In this document: one piece after another, positions 10,664 to 21,917 of the stretch
Layout of the letters: each line of letters opens with the position of its first letter
Position numbering within the stretch: the first letter of the stretch is position 1
Assembly (NCBI GenBank): GCA_046583355.1
Contig: JAYGCM010000008.1
Coordinates: forward strand, 1 to 49,993
Source: Deltaproteobacteria bacterium
Lineage (GTDB): Bacteria; Desulfobacterota; Binatia; UBA12015
DNA length: 49,993 nt
Reading direction: 5' to 3'
Translations under genes and position numbers: made by a program
Notes under the pieces: generated by a model
Told to the model about the DNA's origin: nothing
The model's input: the letters and a program-made list of their open reading frames with translations, nothing else
The model's database searches: none

Positions 10664-10707
10664 CCCCGTTCAGGCAGAAGCCCGGCCGCAAGGCCGGGCG
10701 CGCCGCT

Positions 10708-12606
10708 TCAATCGGCCAGTTTCTCGATAGCGGCTTTGATGCCTTCGGGGTCGAGGCCCTGGTGGACCATCTGCTCCCAGAGGCCGCCGCAGCCGTCGAG
10801 GTAGGTGCCGAGGTGTGCGTATTTCGGCGTGAGCCCACGCGAGAGCAGCCATGAGCCGTAGCGCTCGCCGAGCCCCGTGGTCCGGCTCAGGCCTTCGACC
10901 ACGAGCACGAATTTCGAGCTCCCGACGCGCTGAATCATTTCCTCATCCACCACGTTCAGGGTCGGCTTGTTGACCAAGCCGACGTCGAGGCCCTTCTCGC
11001 GCAGCTGCTCAACAGCATCGAGGGCGCGGTAAAGAGTCTCGCCGAAGCTGACAACCCAGCCGTCCTTGCCCTCGCGGACGACTTCGTCCTTGCCCGGCTC
11101 GAAGCGGTAATCCGGTCCGTGCAGAAGCTCGCCGCTCGCATCGAGAAGGTCCGGCACAGCCGAGCGGTTCGAGAAGACGAAGCGCAAGCCCGGGTCATCG
11201 AAGATACGCTCCAGCAAGGCGCGCATCTGGTGCTGATCGCCCGGGAAGTATAGCCGCGTGGTATCGTCCTCGCCGGCCAGACCGTTAGCGGCAAACATAT
11301 TATTGATACCGAAATGGCAGGTATTATCAGCCATATCGTCGACGCCCGCATGCGAGAAATGCGACAACACATTGGCGCCGTTCAAGCGTGCCATGGTGAT
11401 CTCGGAGAGGCACATCTCAAGGAAGGCCGAGAACGTGCCAAAGACGCCCTGGCGACCCTTCTCCATGCCGAAGCCGGCCGCAGCCGAGAAATTACCGCGC
11501 TCCATGATACCGCTGCGCACGAAGACGTCCGGCACGCGCTTATGCACATGGTGCAGCCCGCAGGATCCTTCGAGGTCGCTGTCGATGACCATGACGCGAT
11601 GCTTGCGATCGGCGGGGTCCATTTTCTCGAGGATATCGGCAAGCACGATGCCGAAGACCTCACGGTTCTTGCCCATCGTATCCGAGCTGCCGCGGTGGCT
11701 GCTCGGCGCCTTGCCCTTGGTCACGCCCTTCAGATATTCGACCGCCACCGTATGGCCGCGTGCCTCGAGATAGGGCAGCGCCAGACCCACCGAGATGACG
11801 TCGTGGCCCTTGGGCAGGCCTTCCAGACCGTCGATACCGATGGCCATCTTGCGACGGTTGATGAGAGCATGCGGCCCCGGCTTGAGGAGCGCGTCACACA
11901 TACGGGTATAAAGCGCCTTCAGATCCTCGCCGTCGCCTTCACAAATACCCAGGCCGTGCCCCGCCAACGTCTTGCCGACGTCGAAGCCGGGCAGATAATC
12001 GCTCGGGTGCCCGGCAATCGTCACGTCATTATCATCGATGACGAGCTTCACGTTCAGACTCTGAGCGACCGCAATCCGCGCGCCCTCAGCGTCATTGCCT
12101 TCCTGCTGTGAGCCATCGGAGCCGAAGATGAAGACGGCCTTGTCCGGATGCGCCATCGCGATGCCATTGGCGAAGGGCCAGAGGTGGCCGAGACGGCCGG
12201 AGGAGAAATGCACACCCGGCGTATGGCCGAACTCGGGGTGACCCGGAAGCTGCGAATAAGCTTCGCGGTAATGCAGCAGACGCTCTTCATCGAGCTCGCC
12301 GTTGAGCACCGCCATGAGATATTGGATGGCGACCCGATGCCCGGCCTCGTCGAGGTAGAGCGGCATAACAGGGTGCCCGTGGCGGACGAAGCCGTCCATG
12401 ATCAGCACTTCCGGGACGATATCGTAGGCGCCGCCCGTATGGCCGCCGAGGCCCTTGCCGGCCGCGCAGGCGGTGAAGAAGACAATGACGTCGCGGCAAA
12501 GCTGGACGTTTGCCGCCAGCTGCCTCTCTTCGTCCGCGCTTAGCTCGGACCGCGCAGGGTCGAGCGCCAGAGGCCGAAATGCGGCCAGATCGATCGGGAA
12601 ACTCAT
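10708..12606 (-). CDS. Transketolase-family thiamine diphosphate enzyme (atypical subfamily)
   Basis: GGHTGG, GHPE, SSGRLG, ThDP motif GSDGSQQEG...DDN, DSDLEGS, GIMERG, FGTFSAF, SHAG; SD GAGGAG before ATG 12606. Confidence 0.85.
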   Translation of the reverse strand: MSFPIDLAAFRPLALDPARSELSADEERQLAANVQLCRDVIVFFTACAAGKGLGGHTGGAYDIVPEVLIMDGFVRHGHPVMPLYLDEAGHRVAIQYLMAVLNGELDEERLLHYREAYSQLPGHPEFGHTPGVHFSSGRLGHLWPFANGIAMAHPDKAVFIFGSDGSQQEGNDAEGARIAVAQSLNVKLVIDDNDVTIAGHPSDYLPGFDVGKTLAGHGLGICEGDGEDLKALYTRMCDALLKPGPHALINRRKMAIGIDGLEGLPKGHDVISVGLALPYLEARGHTVAVEYLKGVTKGKAPSSHRGSSDTMGKNREVFGIVLADILEKMDPADRKHRVMVIDSDLEGSCGLHHVHKRVPDVFVRSGIMERGNFSAAAGFGMEKGRQGVFGTFSAFLEMCLSEITMARLNGANVLSHFSHAGVDDMADNTCHFGINNMFAANGLAGEDDTTRLYFPGDQHQMRALLERIFDDPGLRFVFSNRSAVPDLLDASGELLHGPDYRFEPGKDEVVREGKDGWVVSFGETLYRALDAVEQLREKGLDVGLVNKPTLNVVDEEMIQRVGSSKFVLVVEGLSRTTGLGERYGSWLLSRGLTPKYAHLGTYLDGCGGLWEQMVHQGLDPEGIKAAIEKLAD

Positions 12607-12734
12607 CAATTTCTCCTCGGTTTCGGGGGTCTTACCCAGTGTCGGACTCGCCATGATGCAGGGGCCTCCAAAGTCACAATCTCTAGCCTGCGGCGCGACC
12701 ACACGCATCCGCCGATGGAGCATATCCCATCCCC

Positions 12735-12768
12735 TAAGGCACCTCGCAACTTAAGGCACCTCGCAACT
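12735..12768. repeat. Perfect tandem 17-bp direct repeat TAAGGCACCTCGCAACT x2
   Basis: Read directly from the sequence; followed by CGATTTCC x2 at 12775-12790, in the divergent intergenic region. Confidence 0.9.
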
Positions 12769-12859
12769 AGAGCACGATTTCCCGATTTCCCCATTGGCGA
12801 ATCGCGCGTGTTCGCGTACAAGGAGAGGAATGTTGCAACGTTCCCCCGAGGAGAATCCC

Positions 12860-13408
12860 ATGCCCCGCTTCCGCTTTCCGCTGGCAACGCTCGCCCTCCT
12901 CTTCACCATTACCTTCGCGCCTGGCTGCGCGATGTTCGGCACCTGGGGGAGCTATGCGCTCAGCGACAAAGTCGCTGGGGCGGACCTGGAACTGCTGCGC
13001 GAACAATCCCAGGCCTACCGCCAGCGCGGCGCCGGGGTGATCGTCGGCCGCGCCTTTCTGAGCTTCCCCGAAAACAAGGAAGTGCGCTCCTATCGCGGCA
13101 AGATCCGCATGGTGCCGGCAACGCATTTCGCCGAAGAACGGCTCAAACAATACGTCATCAAGAAAGGCGAGTTCCCGCCCGAGATCCATTCGCAGGTGAA
13201 ATGGTCGACGCTGAGCGACACCGAAGGCCGCTTCGTCTTTCGCGAACTCCCGCCCGGGACCTATATCATCGCTGCGAAAATCGCCTACCTGAACTCGCGC
13301 GACAAGGCCGATGTCTCGATTGCCTGGGCCGAGATCAAAGTTGGTGAAGGCGAGACCAAGCAGGTCTTCGTGACGCGCAGCATCCAAAAGGTCTCGCGCG
13401 AAGACTGA
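12860..13408 (+). CDS. Lipoprotein with a carboxypeptidase-regulatory/transthyretin-like domain
   Basis: Lipobox APG-C after a hydrophobic stretch; SDTEGRFVFRELPPGTYII; SD GAGGAG. Confidence 0.7.
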   Translation: MPRFRFPLATLALLFTITFAPGCAMFGTWGSYALSDKVAGADLELLREQSQAYRQRGAGVIVGRAFLSFPENKEVRSYRGKIRMVPATHFAEERLKQYVIKKGEFPPEIHSQVKWSTLSDTEGRFVFRELPPGTYIIAAKIAYLNSRDKADVSIAWAEIKVGEGETKQVFVTRSIQKVSRED

Positions 13409-13428
13409 GCCCGCAATCCGGCGGCGCC

Positions 13429-14862
13429 TCAGCGCCGCGCGGTCCAGGTCGTAGGTCCACCGGGGGAGTCCTTGAGCTCGATGCCGGCGGCCGTAAGCTC
13501 GGCGCGGATTTCGTCGGCCCGCGCGAAGTTCTTCTCGAGCCGCGCATCGGCCCGCTGCTCGATCAACGCCTCGATCTGCGCTGCATCCAGCCCCGACTCG
13601 CTGACGCGCTCCTGGCGCCATTCCGCAAGCGTGGCGGCCGGATCGCCCTGAAGAAGCCCCAGCACGGAGCCCGCATCGACGATCGCCGCGGCAACCTTCG
13701 CGGCCTGAGCGCAATAGCCCACATCCATCATGCGATTTACCGTGCGAATGCCATCGTGCAGCGCCGCCAAGGCGCGCGGCGTGTTCATATCGTCCGCCAG
13801 CGCCGCCCGCAGATCGGTACGCACCTGGTCGGCCTCGGGCACCTCCTGGTCCGTTGCCGGCTCCTCAAAGGCGCGTGCCAAGGTCTCGTACATCCGCACC
13901 AGCACCTTCTCTGCCTCGCCGACCGCATGCATCGTGAACTCAAGCGGCGAGCGATAATGTGTCTGTACCAGCATCAGGCGCAGGGCCTCGCGCGGAAATT
14001 GCTCGAGCGCATCGCGGACGTTCACGATATTGCCCAACGACTTCGACATTTTCTCGTCACCGAGGCGCAGAAAAGAGCAATGTGCCCAATGTGCGGCGAA
14101 GGGCTTGCCTGAGCTGCCCTCGGATTGCGCGATCTCGTTTTCATGGTGCGGAAAAATGAGGTCTTCCCCGCCGCCGTGCAGATCGAAGGTTTCGCCAAGA
14201 TAGCGGCTGCTCATGGCCGAGCATTCGATATGCCAGCCGGGACGACCCGGACCGAAGGGGCTGGGCCAGAAGGGCTCGCCCTGTTTGGCCGCTTTCCAGA
14301 GCGCAAAATCAGCCGGGTGGCGCTTATGCTCGTCGACCTCGACACGTGCGCCCGCTTTCAGATCGTCCAGATTACGCCGCGAGAGCCGTCCGTATTCGGG
14401 GAAATCGCCAACGGCAAAATACACGCCATCGGGCGTGCGGTAGGCCAGGCCCTTCTTCTCGAGTAGCGTGATCATCTTGATCATTTCGGGGATATGCTCG
14501 GTCGCCAGGGGCTCGACATCCGGCGTGCGATTGCCCAGCGCCTCGGAGTCCTCGTGCAGCGCTGCGGCGAAACGGGCCGAAAGTTCTTCGGGCTTCTCAC
14601 CATTCTCGCGCGCCCGACTGATGATCTTGTCCTCGATATCCGTGATGTTGCGGACATAGGTGACGCGCTGACCCTCCCATTCGAGGAATCGAACGATCGT
14701 ATCAAAGGCGACCATGACGCGCGCATGCCCCACATGGGCGTAATCATAAACCGTCACGCCACAAACATAGAGCCGGACGTGGCCCGGCTCGCGCGTGCGC
14801 AACGGCTCCACGCGACGCGTCAGTGTATTGTAGAGCGAAAGTGTCGCGGAATTTTCAGCCAT
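13429..14862 (-). CDS. cysS: Cysteine--tRNA ligase
   Basis: YVCGVTVYDYAHVGHAR (HIGH), GRPGWHIECSAM, DLIFPHHENE, KMSKSLGN. Confidence 0.98.
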   Translation of the reverse strand: MAENSATLSLYNTLTRRVEPLRTREPGHVRLYVCGVTVYDYAHVGHARVMVAFDTIVRFLEWEGQRVTYVRNITDIEDKIISRARENGEKPEELSARFAAALHEDSEALGNRTPDVEPLATEHIPEMIKMITLLEKKGLAYRTPDGVYFAVGDFPEYGRLSRRNLDDLKAGARVEVDEHKRHPADFALWKAAKQGEPFWPSPFGPGRPGWHIECSAMSSRYLGETFDLHGGGEDLIFPHHENEIAQSEGSSGKPFAAHWAHCSFLRLGDEKMSKSLGNIVNVRDALEQFPREALRLMLVQTHYRSPLEFTMHAVGEAEKVLVRMYETLARAFEEPATDQEVPEADQVRTDLRAALADDMNTPRALAALHDGIRTVNRMMDVGYCAQAAKVAAAIVDAGSVLGLLQGDPAATLAEWRQERVSESGLDAAQIEALIEQRADARLEKNFARADEIRAELTAAGIELKDSPGGPTTWTARR

Positions 14863-16821
<1,959 letters not shown>

Positions 16822-17256
16822 TCGGAATCTCCCCCTCCGACAGGCGGAAGGATGGTTTGCGCGACTTTTCCCCAGCTCCGGGCCGAACCCCCAAGGGAGA
16901 CCTCGAAGTTCTGCGCGCGTTTGAAATCAATGTGCATATCGTCCTCCCTCGCATACTCAAAAGGCATCTCAAGGTTTCGTGCGGCTGGGAACAAGAACTC
17001 CGGGCCGCATCGACGCCGAAATCCATCATAGTTCGCAATCCACCCAGGTGCTCCGGCCCGCCCTCTGCTCCGATGGGCGAAACCGCCCAATCCTGCACAC
17101 CGACCGCCATTTTCTCGACGCCTGCTGCCGCTGCGTCAAGCCTTCGCCACATTCTGCTTGGAGTATTTCGTTCTCAAGTTTCAGAAACACAGCGAGAAAC
17201 CTGCGCCAATCCAGACACATCCATACCGTGGCCGGCACAGCGGCGGGCCGGCGCCT

Positions 17257-17273
17257 TTGGCATCGCGGTTGCT
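17257..17273 (+). promoter_or_regulatory. sigma54 (-24/-12) promoter upstream of the NtrC-type regulator
   Basis: TTGGCATCGCGGTTGCT = GG-N10-GC. Confidence 0.7.
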
Positions 17274-17291
17274 GTGTATCTCCTGCGAACC

Positions 17292-18686
17292 ATGCAGGAA
17301 AGCACCGCCCAATTGAAGTCCCCCGCCTACCAGGCATCCATTCTGGTAGTCGAGGACGATCTCATGCTCGCCGGAATTCTCGAGGCCCAACTCGAGCAAG
17401 CCGGCTACCGCGTCTTCCGTGCGACAGGCGGCCACGACGCCTTGGAGGTTCTGAGCCATACGCCCATCGACGTCACATTGACCGATGTGAAGATGCCGGG
17501 CATGAGCGGCCTGGAACTGCTGCGCGAAATCCGCCGCCGCGATGCCGATGCCGACTTGGTCGCCATCACGGCACATTCCTCGGTCAAAGATGCGGTCGAA
17601 GCCATCCGGACCGGCGCGGCCGACTATTTGGAGAAGCCGGTCGATCCGCGGCGCCTGCAGCATACCCTCCAGATGCTCACCGAACGCCGTCAGTTGCGCC
17701 GTCGGGTGCATATTCTGGAACTCGGTGGTGCTGAGTCCAACCTCTTCCACGGCATGGTCGCGCGCAGCCGGAGTATGCTGGAAGTCTTCACCGTCATCGA
17801 ACGTCTCGCGCAATATCCGACGACCGCCCTGATCACCGGCGAGAGCGGCACCGGCAAGGAACTCGTCGCGCGCGCCCTGCACGCCTGCTCGCCGCTGGCC
17901 GACCGCCCCTTCGTCGTCTGCAATTGCTCGGCCCTGCCCACTGGCTTGATCGAGAGCGAACTCTTCGGCCATAAGCGCGGCAGCTTCACCGGTGCCGACC
18001 GTGACCATATGGGGCTCTTCGAGGCCGCTGATGGCGGCACGATTTTTCTCGACGAGATCGGTGAGCTGCCGCTGGACGCTCAGGTCAAACTCCTGCGAGT
18101 ACTGGAGAACCGCGAGATCCGGCGTGTCGGTGCCGCCCAATCCAAGTCCATTGATATCCGCATCATCGCGGCGACCAACCGCGACTTGGCGCGAATGTCC
18201 GCCGAAGGGGGCTTCCGCGAGGATCTCTATTATCGATTGAACGTCGGAACCGTGCAGCTGCCACCTTTGCGCGAGCGCCTCGAGGACATCCCTCTGCTCA
18301 GTGACCATATTCTCGCAACCACGACGCGCCGACTCGGAATCGAAACAGGCGGCATTTCCGCCAAAGCATTGGCCTGCATCCAGGCCTACGAGTGGCCGGG
18401 AAATGTACGCCAATTGGCCAACGCGCTCGAGCGCAGCCTCATCATGGCGTGCGGCGAAGCCATCCGTGAGGAACATCTGCCAAGCGAATTGCGGCGTCCC
18501 GAGCCAGCTCCGGCAATGGCGCTCGCCACCGCGCCGCTGGGGGAACTCAGCCTGCAAGGTGCCGAGCGCGACCAGATCCGTCGTGCGCTGAACCGTGCCG
18601 GCGGCAAACGCGTCGCAGCGGCCCGCCTGCTCGGCCTCTCGCGGCGCACTCTATATCGCAAACTCGACAAATACGGAATCCGCTGA
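17292..18686 (+). CDS. sigma54-dependent response regulator (REC-AAA+-Fis HTH, NtrC/AtoC family)
   Basis: ILVVEDD, DVKMPGMSG, GESGTGKELVA, ESELFGHKRGSFTGA, FLDEIGE, FREDLYYRL, WPGNVRQL, AARLLGLSRRTLYRKL; ATG 17292 preferred over 16857. Confidence 0.95.
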   Translation: MQESTAQLKSPAYQASILVVEDDLMLAGILEAQLEQAGYRVFRATGGHDALEVLSHTPIDVTLTDVKMPGMSGLELLREIRRRDADADLVAITAHSSVKDAVEAIRTGAADYLEKPVDPRRLQHTLQMLTERRQLRRRVHILELGGAESNLFHGMVARSRSMLEVFTVIERLAQYPTTALITGESGTGKELVARALHACSPLADRPFVVCNCSALPTGLIESELFGHKRGSFTGADRDHMGLFEAADGGTIFLDEIGELPLDAQVKLLRVLENREIRRVGAAQSKSIDIRIIAATNRDLARMSAEGGFREDLYYRLNVGTVQLPPLRERLEDIPLLSDHILATTTRRLGIETGGISAKALACIQAYEWPGNVRQLANALERSLIMACGEAIREEHLPSELRRPEPAPAMALATAPLGELSLQGAERDQIRRALNRAGGKRVAAARLLGLSRRTLYRKLDKYGIR

Positions 18687-18720
18687 ACTGCGGCAATGCC
18701 GCCTGGCATCCGCAGTTCAG
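18683..18720. terminator. Long stem-loop between convergent genes
   Basis: CTGAACTGCGG-CA-ATGCC-GCCT-GGCAT-CCGCAGTTCAG; no U-tract. Confidence 0.5.
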
Positions 18721-18747
18721 GCGCGGGAGGTTGCTAGCGCGTACACC

Positions 18748-19029
18748 TCAAGCGTCGGCGCGGCGGTCGCTGTGATTGAGGAGGCGGTTGATGCTTTCCT
18801 CTTCGCGATTCGCCTCCAGCAGGGCGCGCAGGGTCTGTTCCAACGCGGTGAGCTCACTATTCACTGTGACCAGAGATTCCACGAGGCTGACCCAGGTTTC
18901 CTGGTCCGGACGCGGCGCACCGCCATCCTCGCAAAGCGCGACGCAGCGCTGGGTGACTTCAAGCACACCTTCTGAAGCTCCTTCGAGGTGGGTGGCCAAG
19001 TCAATGAATGTATGACGATCGATAATCAC
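18748..19029 (-). CDS. Small helical/coiled-coil hypothetical protein (93 aa)
   Basis: Natural amphipathic composition, GGAGG SD at 19042-19046, own sigma54 promoter. Confidence 0.7.
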   Translation of the reverse strand: MIIDRHTFIDLATHLEGASEGVLEVTQRCVALCEDGGAPRPDQETWVSLVESLVTVNSELTALEQTLRALLEANREEESINRLLNHSDRRADA

Positions 19030-19087
19030 GGGTGGGTTTTGCCTCCGGTTGCAGAAAATTTATCAAGAGCGGACACCAACCAACATT

Positions 19088-19104
19088 CGCAAATCGGATG
19101 CCAG
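19088..19104 (-). promoter_or_regulatory. sigma54 (-24/-12) promoter for the 93-aa protein
   Basis: Minus strand CTGGCATCCGATTTGCG = GG-N10-GC. Confidence 0.7.
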
Positions 19105-19296
19105 AAAAAATGCTGCATTCTCAAGGATTTTCCCAAAGTCCAACCGTGCATCCGAGCCATAGCGCCCACCATCTTGCGCCTACGCTTGATTCTAGAGGTG
19201 CGTAGGCAGCTGTGAGAAGTGTGCAAAAATACATTCCCCGCACGGACAAAGCGCGTAGCCGATAGGGGACGATAGCGGACTCCGCCGCGCCGGTTT

Positions 19297-20745
19297 CTAA
19301 CCCGCCAGGATGCGCTCGGCCGCGACGAGACCGGCGCGAGCCGCCGCGGCCGGGCCGGTCGGCGGCACACCGGGAAGCCGAACCTCCGCGTTCGCCAGCC
19401 GCACGCCGGCCAAGCCAGGCAGAGTCGCGGCCAGCGTTCCGGGCACGAGAGGGTCAGCGCCATCTTCTTCGAGCAGCCAATTCTGCTCCCATTCCAATGC
19501 CTTGCCCGCGCCAGGAAGCATGACCTCCAGCGCCGCGCGCAGCTGATCGGAAGCCGCATCAATCGTCGCGGCATCGGCAGCCGAACCCGCCGGGATGGTC
19601 GCGCGTCCCAGCACCAAGGTGCGGCCAGGAGGCGCCACTCGCGGCGCCACCGCGCTGGCGCGAAAAATGGATAGACGTGCCACGACAGTCCCCTCGGCGT
19701 TGCCCACAGCCGGCACGGAGTCCAACACAACCGGCGCATCCTCGGCGGCGCCACCAACCTCGCCACCGATCCCCCAACCAACGCCCAATGCGCGCGAGGC
19801 CGGTTGCCCATCGACCTCGGCGAGCGCCGCGCGAGCGGACTCCGGCAGCAGAGGCCCGATCTCCGCGCGCGGAACGGCCAACACTACGGCCGCAGCCTCA
19901 ATCGCTTCGAGGAAGGGCTGCTCCTCGCGACTCACGGCGACGCCCACGCAGCGGTCCTCATCGAGCGCCAGCCCCACGGCACGAGTGCCCAGCCGCAACT
20001 CGCCGCCTGCTTCGATCAGGCTATCGACGAGCGAGCCCGTGACTCCCTGGGCACCCGCGATCGGCCCGTCGCCGAAGCTGACCAGCCGATGGGTTTCGTC
20101 GTCCCCGATCACCCGAACACGGCGCGCCAAAGACGCGATACTCGCCGTCTCGGGGTGTTGCGCACCAAGCAGCTCGGCGCTGCGCAGAAACGCTTTGGCA
20201 ACCGGCTGCTCGACCTCGCGCGCGCGCAGCCAATCGGCGAGCCCTTCTCCTGCGTGCGCCGCGAGTGCCACGTCATCGAGTGCCGCCAACGTCGCATAAT
20301 GGTCGCCCATTGCGGCAAAGATGCGCGGCGGAATCCCGTAGAGTTCCCGAACCGCATCGAGCGTCGAGGGTGAGGGCACTGCTCCGGGAACCGGAATCGG
20401 CAGAGCCTTGCCCAAGGATCCATCCGGTCGGGCGCACGCGAGCCTGAGTTGCCTGCGCACGTCGATGCCGGCCAGCGCGGTATCGGCCACACCTGCGGCG
20501 GCCAAGGCCACGGCCAGATCGGGGGCCTCCCATACGACCGGCCCGAGGTCGACGGCGTAGCCCTGGTATTGGACCGTCTTCAGCCTGCCGCCAGCCCGGC
20601 GCGCGCGGTCAATGACCACGACGCGGCGACCCGCGCGAGCCAGCACACAGGCACAGACCAGGCCAGAGAGGCCCGCACCCACGACGACAATATCAGTTTC
20701 GCGGGTACTCGCGCGGCGCTGGAGAAGCCAGGTCGGCAGAGTCAT
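19297..20745 (-). CDS. FAD-dependent oxidoreductase (phytoene desaturase/amine oxidase superfamily)
   Basis: DIVVVGAGLSGL Rossmann motif, AGGRLKT..YQGYAVDLGP, ASAVAPRVAPPGRTL, C-terminal TGPAAAARAG; start uncertain (20745 or 20787). Confidence 0.8.
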   Translation of the reverse strand: MTLPTWLLQRRASTRETDIVVVGAGLSGLVCACVLARAGRRVVVIDRARRAGGRLKTVQYQGYAVDLGPVVWEAPDLAVALAAAGVADTALAGIDVRRQLRLACARPDGSLGKALPIPVPGAVPSPSTLDAVRELYGIPPRIFAAMGDHYATLAALDDVALAAHAGEGLADWLRAREVEQPVAKAFLRSAELLGAQHPETASIASLARRVRVIGDDETHRLVSFGDGPIAGAQGVTGSLVDSLIEAGGELRLGTRAVGLALDEDRCVGVAVSREEQPFLEAIEAAAVVLAVPRAEIGPLLPESARAALAEVDGQPASRALGVGWGIGGEVGGAAEDAPVVLDSVPAVGNAEGTVVARLSIFRASAVAPRVAPPGRTLVLGRATIPAGSAADAATIDAASDQLRAALEVMLPGAGKALEWEQNWLLEEDGADPLVPGTLAATLPGLAGVRLANAEVRLPGVPPTGPAAAARAGLVAAERILAG

Positions 20746-20903
20746 CTCGTGGCGCCTTCCTGTGGGAAGGTGGAATAGCTCGGCCATCCGGCAACGGGAG
20801 CGAGAAGAAAAAGTAGCTGACGCATTCCCCACTCATACATGCCGCGCAGCCGCCCCGTAAGGGGACTTGTTCCGAGCCCGGCCAGAAAATATCCTGTCAT
20901 TTT

Positions 20904-21917
20904 TTAGACGCCACGTCGAGTAAGGATAACCCGCATGGTCTCGGCCATGATACGCAGGTCGAGCAAAACCGAGTGGTTATGAATATAGGCAAGGTCGTAT
21001 TTGAGCTTGTAGGCTGGCGCCGTATGGTATTCGCCACGCACCTGGGCAAGCCCCGAGAGCCCCGGCTTGACCAACCAACGCTCTGCATAACCCGGAATCT
21101 CGCGAACCAGATCTTCGACCAACTCCGGCCGCTCCGGCCGAGGCCCGACGAGGCTCATCGTTCCATTCAACACGTTCAGCAATTGCGGAATCTCGTCGAT
21201 CCGTGTCGAGCGGAGAAAGCCGCCGATGCCCACCACACGTGCATCATCCGGCTCGGCCAGAACCGCACCAATACCGTCCTCGGCGCCCTGGCGCATCGTG
21301 CGCAGCTTGTAGATCAGAAATTCGCGCCCGCCCTCGCCCACTCGACGCTGACGAAAAATGATCGGGCCGTGCGAGGAGGCGCGGATCGCCACTGCCGCAA
21401 CGGCCAGCAAAGGGAGTGCGACAAGCAGGAGAACGGAAGCGAGAACCAGATCCAGCACCGGCTTGAGCGTAAAACCGAAGCCGCTTGCCGGGTCGCGAAC
21501 CACCTCAATGAGCGGTACGTCTTCGATCGAAAGCGAGGTCAAGCGACCGACCAGGAGTTCGTGAACCGAGGGCACCACCGCCACACCGGGCGTTTGCGGT
21601 CCCTTGGTCGCCCGGAGCACTCCTTCGAGAATTTCGTCCTTCCAGGAAGGAGCCGGCGCGAGGATCACCTGGTCGATCTTTCCGGCGCGCGTCGCCCGTT
21701 CGAGATCGAGCATATTGCCAAGCCAACGTAGTTCCGAGCCCGGCACCTTCTCGCCCGGCGGCGCCGGGCCATCGCTGCGCACGCAACCAATAATTTCGAC
21801 CCGGCGCCCATGGCGACCGGGGCCCATGAGCATCACCTCAAGATCACGAATCTCGCTGGCCGGGCCGACCAAGACCACCCGCAGAACTTCGCGGCCGCGA
21901 TTTTTACCCATGAACAC
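20904..21917 (-). CDS. Priming phosphoglycosyltransferase (WcaJ/WbaP-like) lacking the N-terminal membrane domain
   Basis: [71 protein letters not shown]. Confidence 0.92.
   Translation of the reverse strand: MFMGKNRGREVLRVVLVGPASEIRDLEVMLMGPGRHGRRVEIIGCVRSDGPAPPGEKVPGSELRWLGNMLDLERATRAGKIDQVILAPAPSWKDEILEGVLRATKGPQTPGVAVVPSVHELLVGRLTSLSIEDVPLIEVVRDPASGFGFTLKPVLDLVLASVLLLVALPLLAVAAVAIRASSHGPIIFRQRRVGEGGREFLIYKLRTMRQGAEDGIGAVLAEPDDARVVGIGGFLRSTRIDEIPQLLNVLNGTMSLVGPRPERPELVEDLVREIPGYAERWLVKPGLSGLAQVRGEYHTAPAYKLKYDLAYIHNHSVLLDLRIMAETMRVILTRRGV

Noticed and set aside
12735..12768. Possible mini-CRISPR
   Set aside because: Only two 17-bp units with no spacer, and no cas genes in the window.
16857..17291. 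145-aa N-terminal extension of the sigma54 regulator
   Set aside because: Not protein-like; a sigma54 promoter lies within it and the REC domain begins just after ATG 17292.
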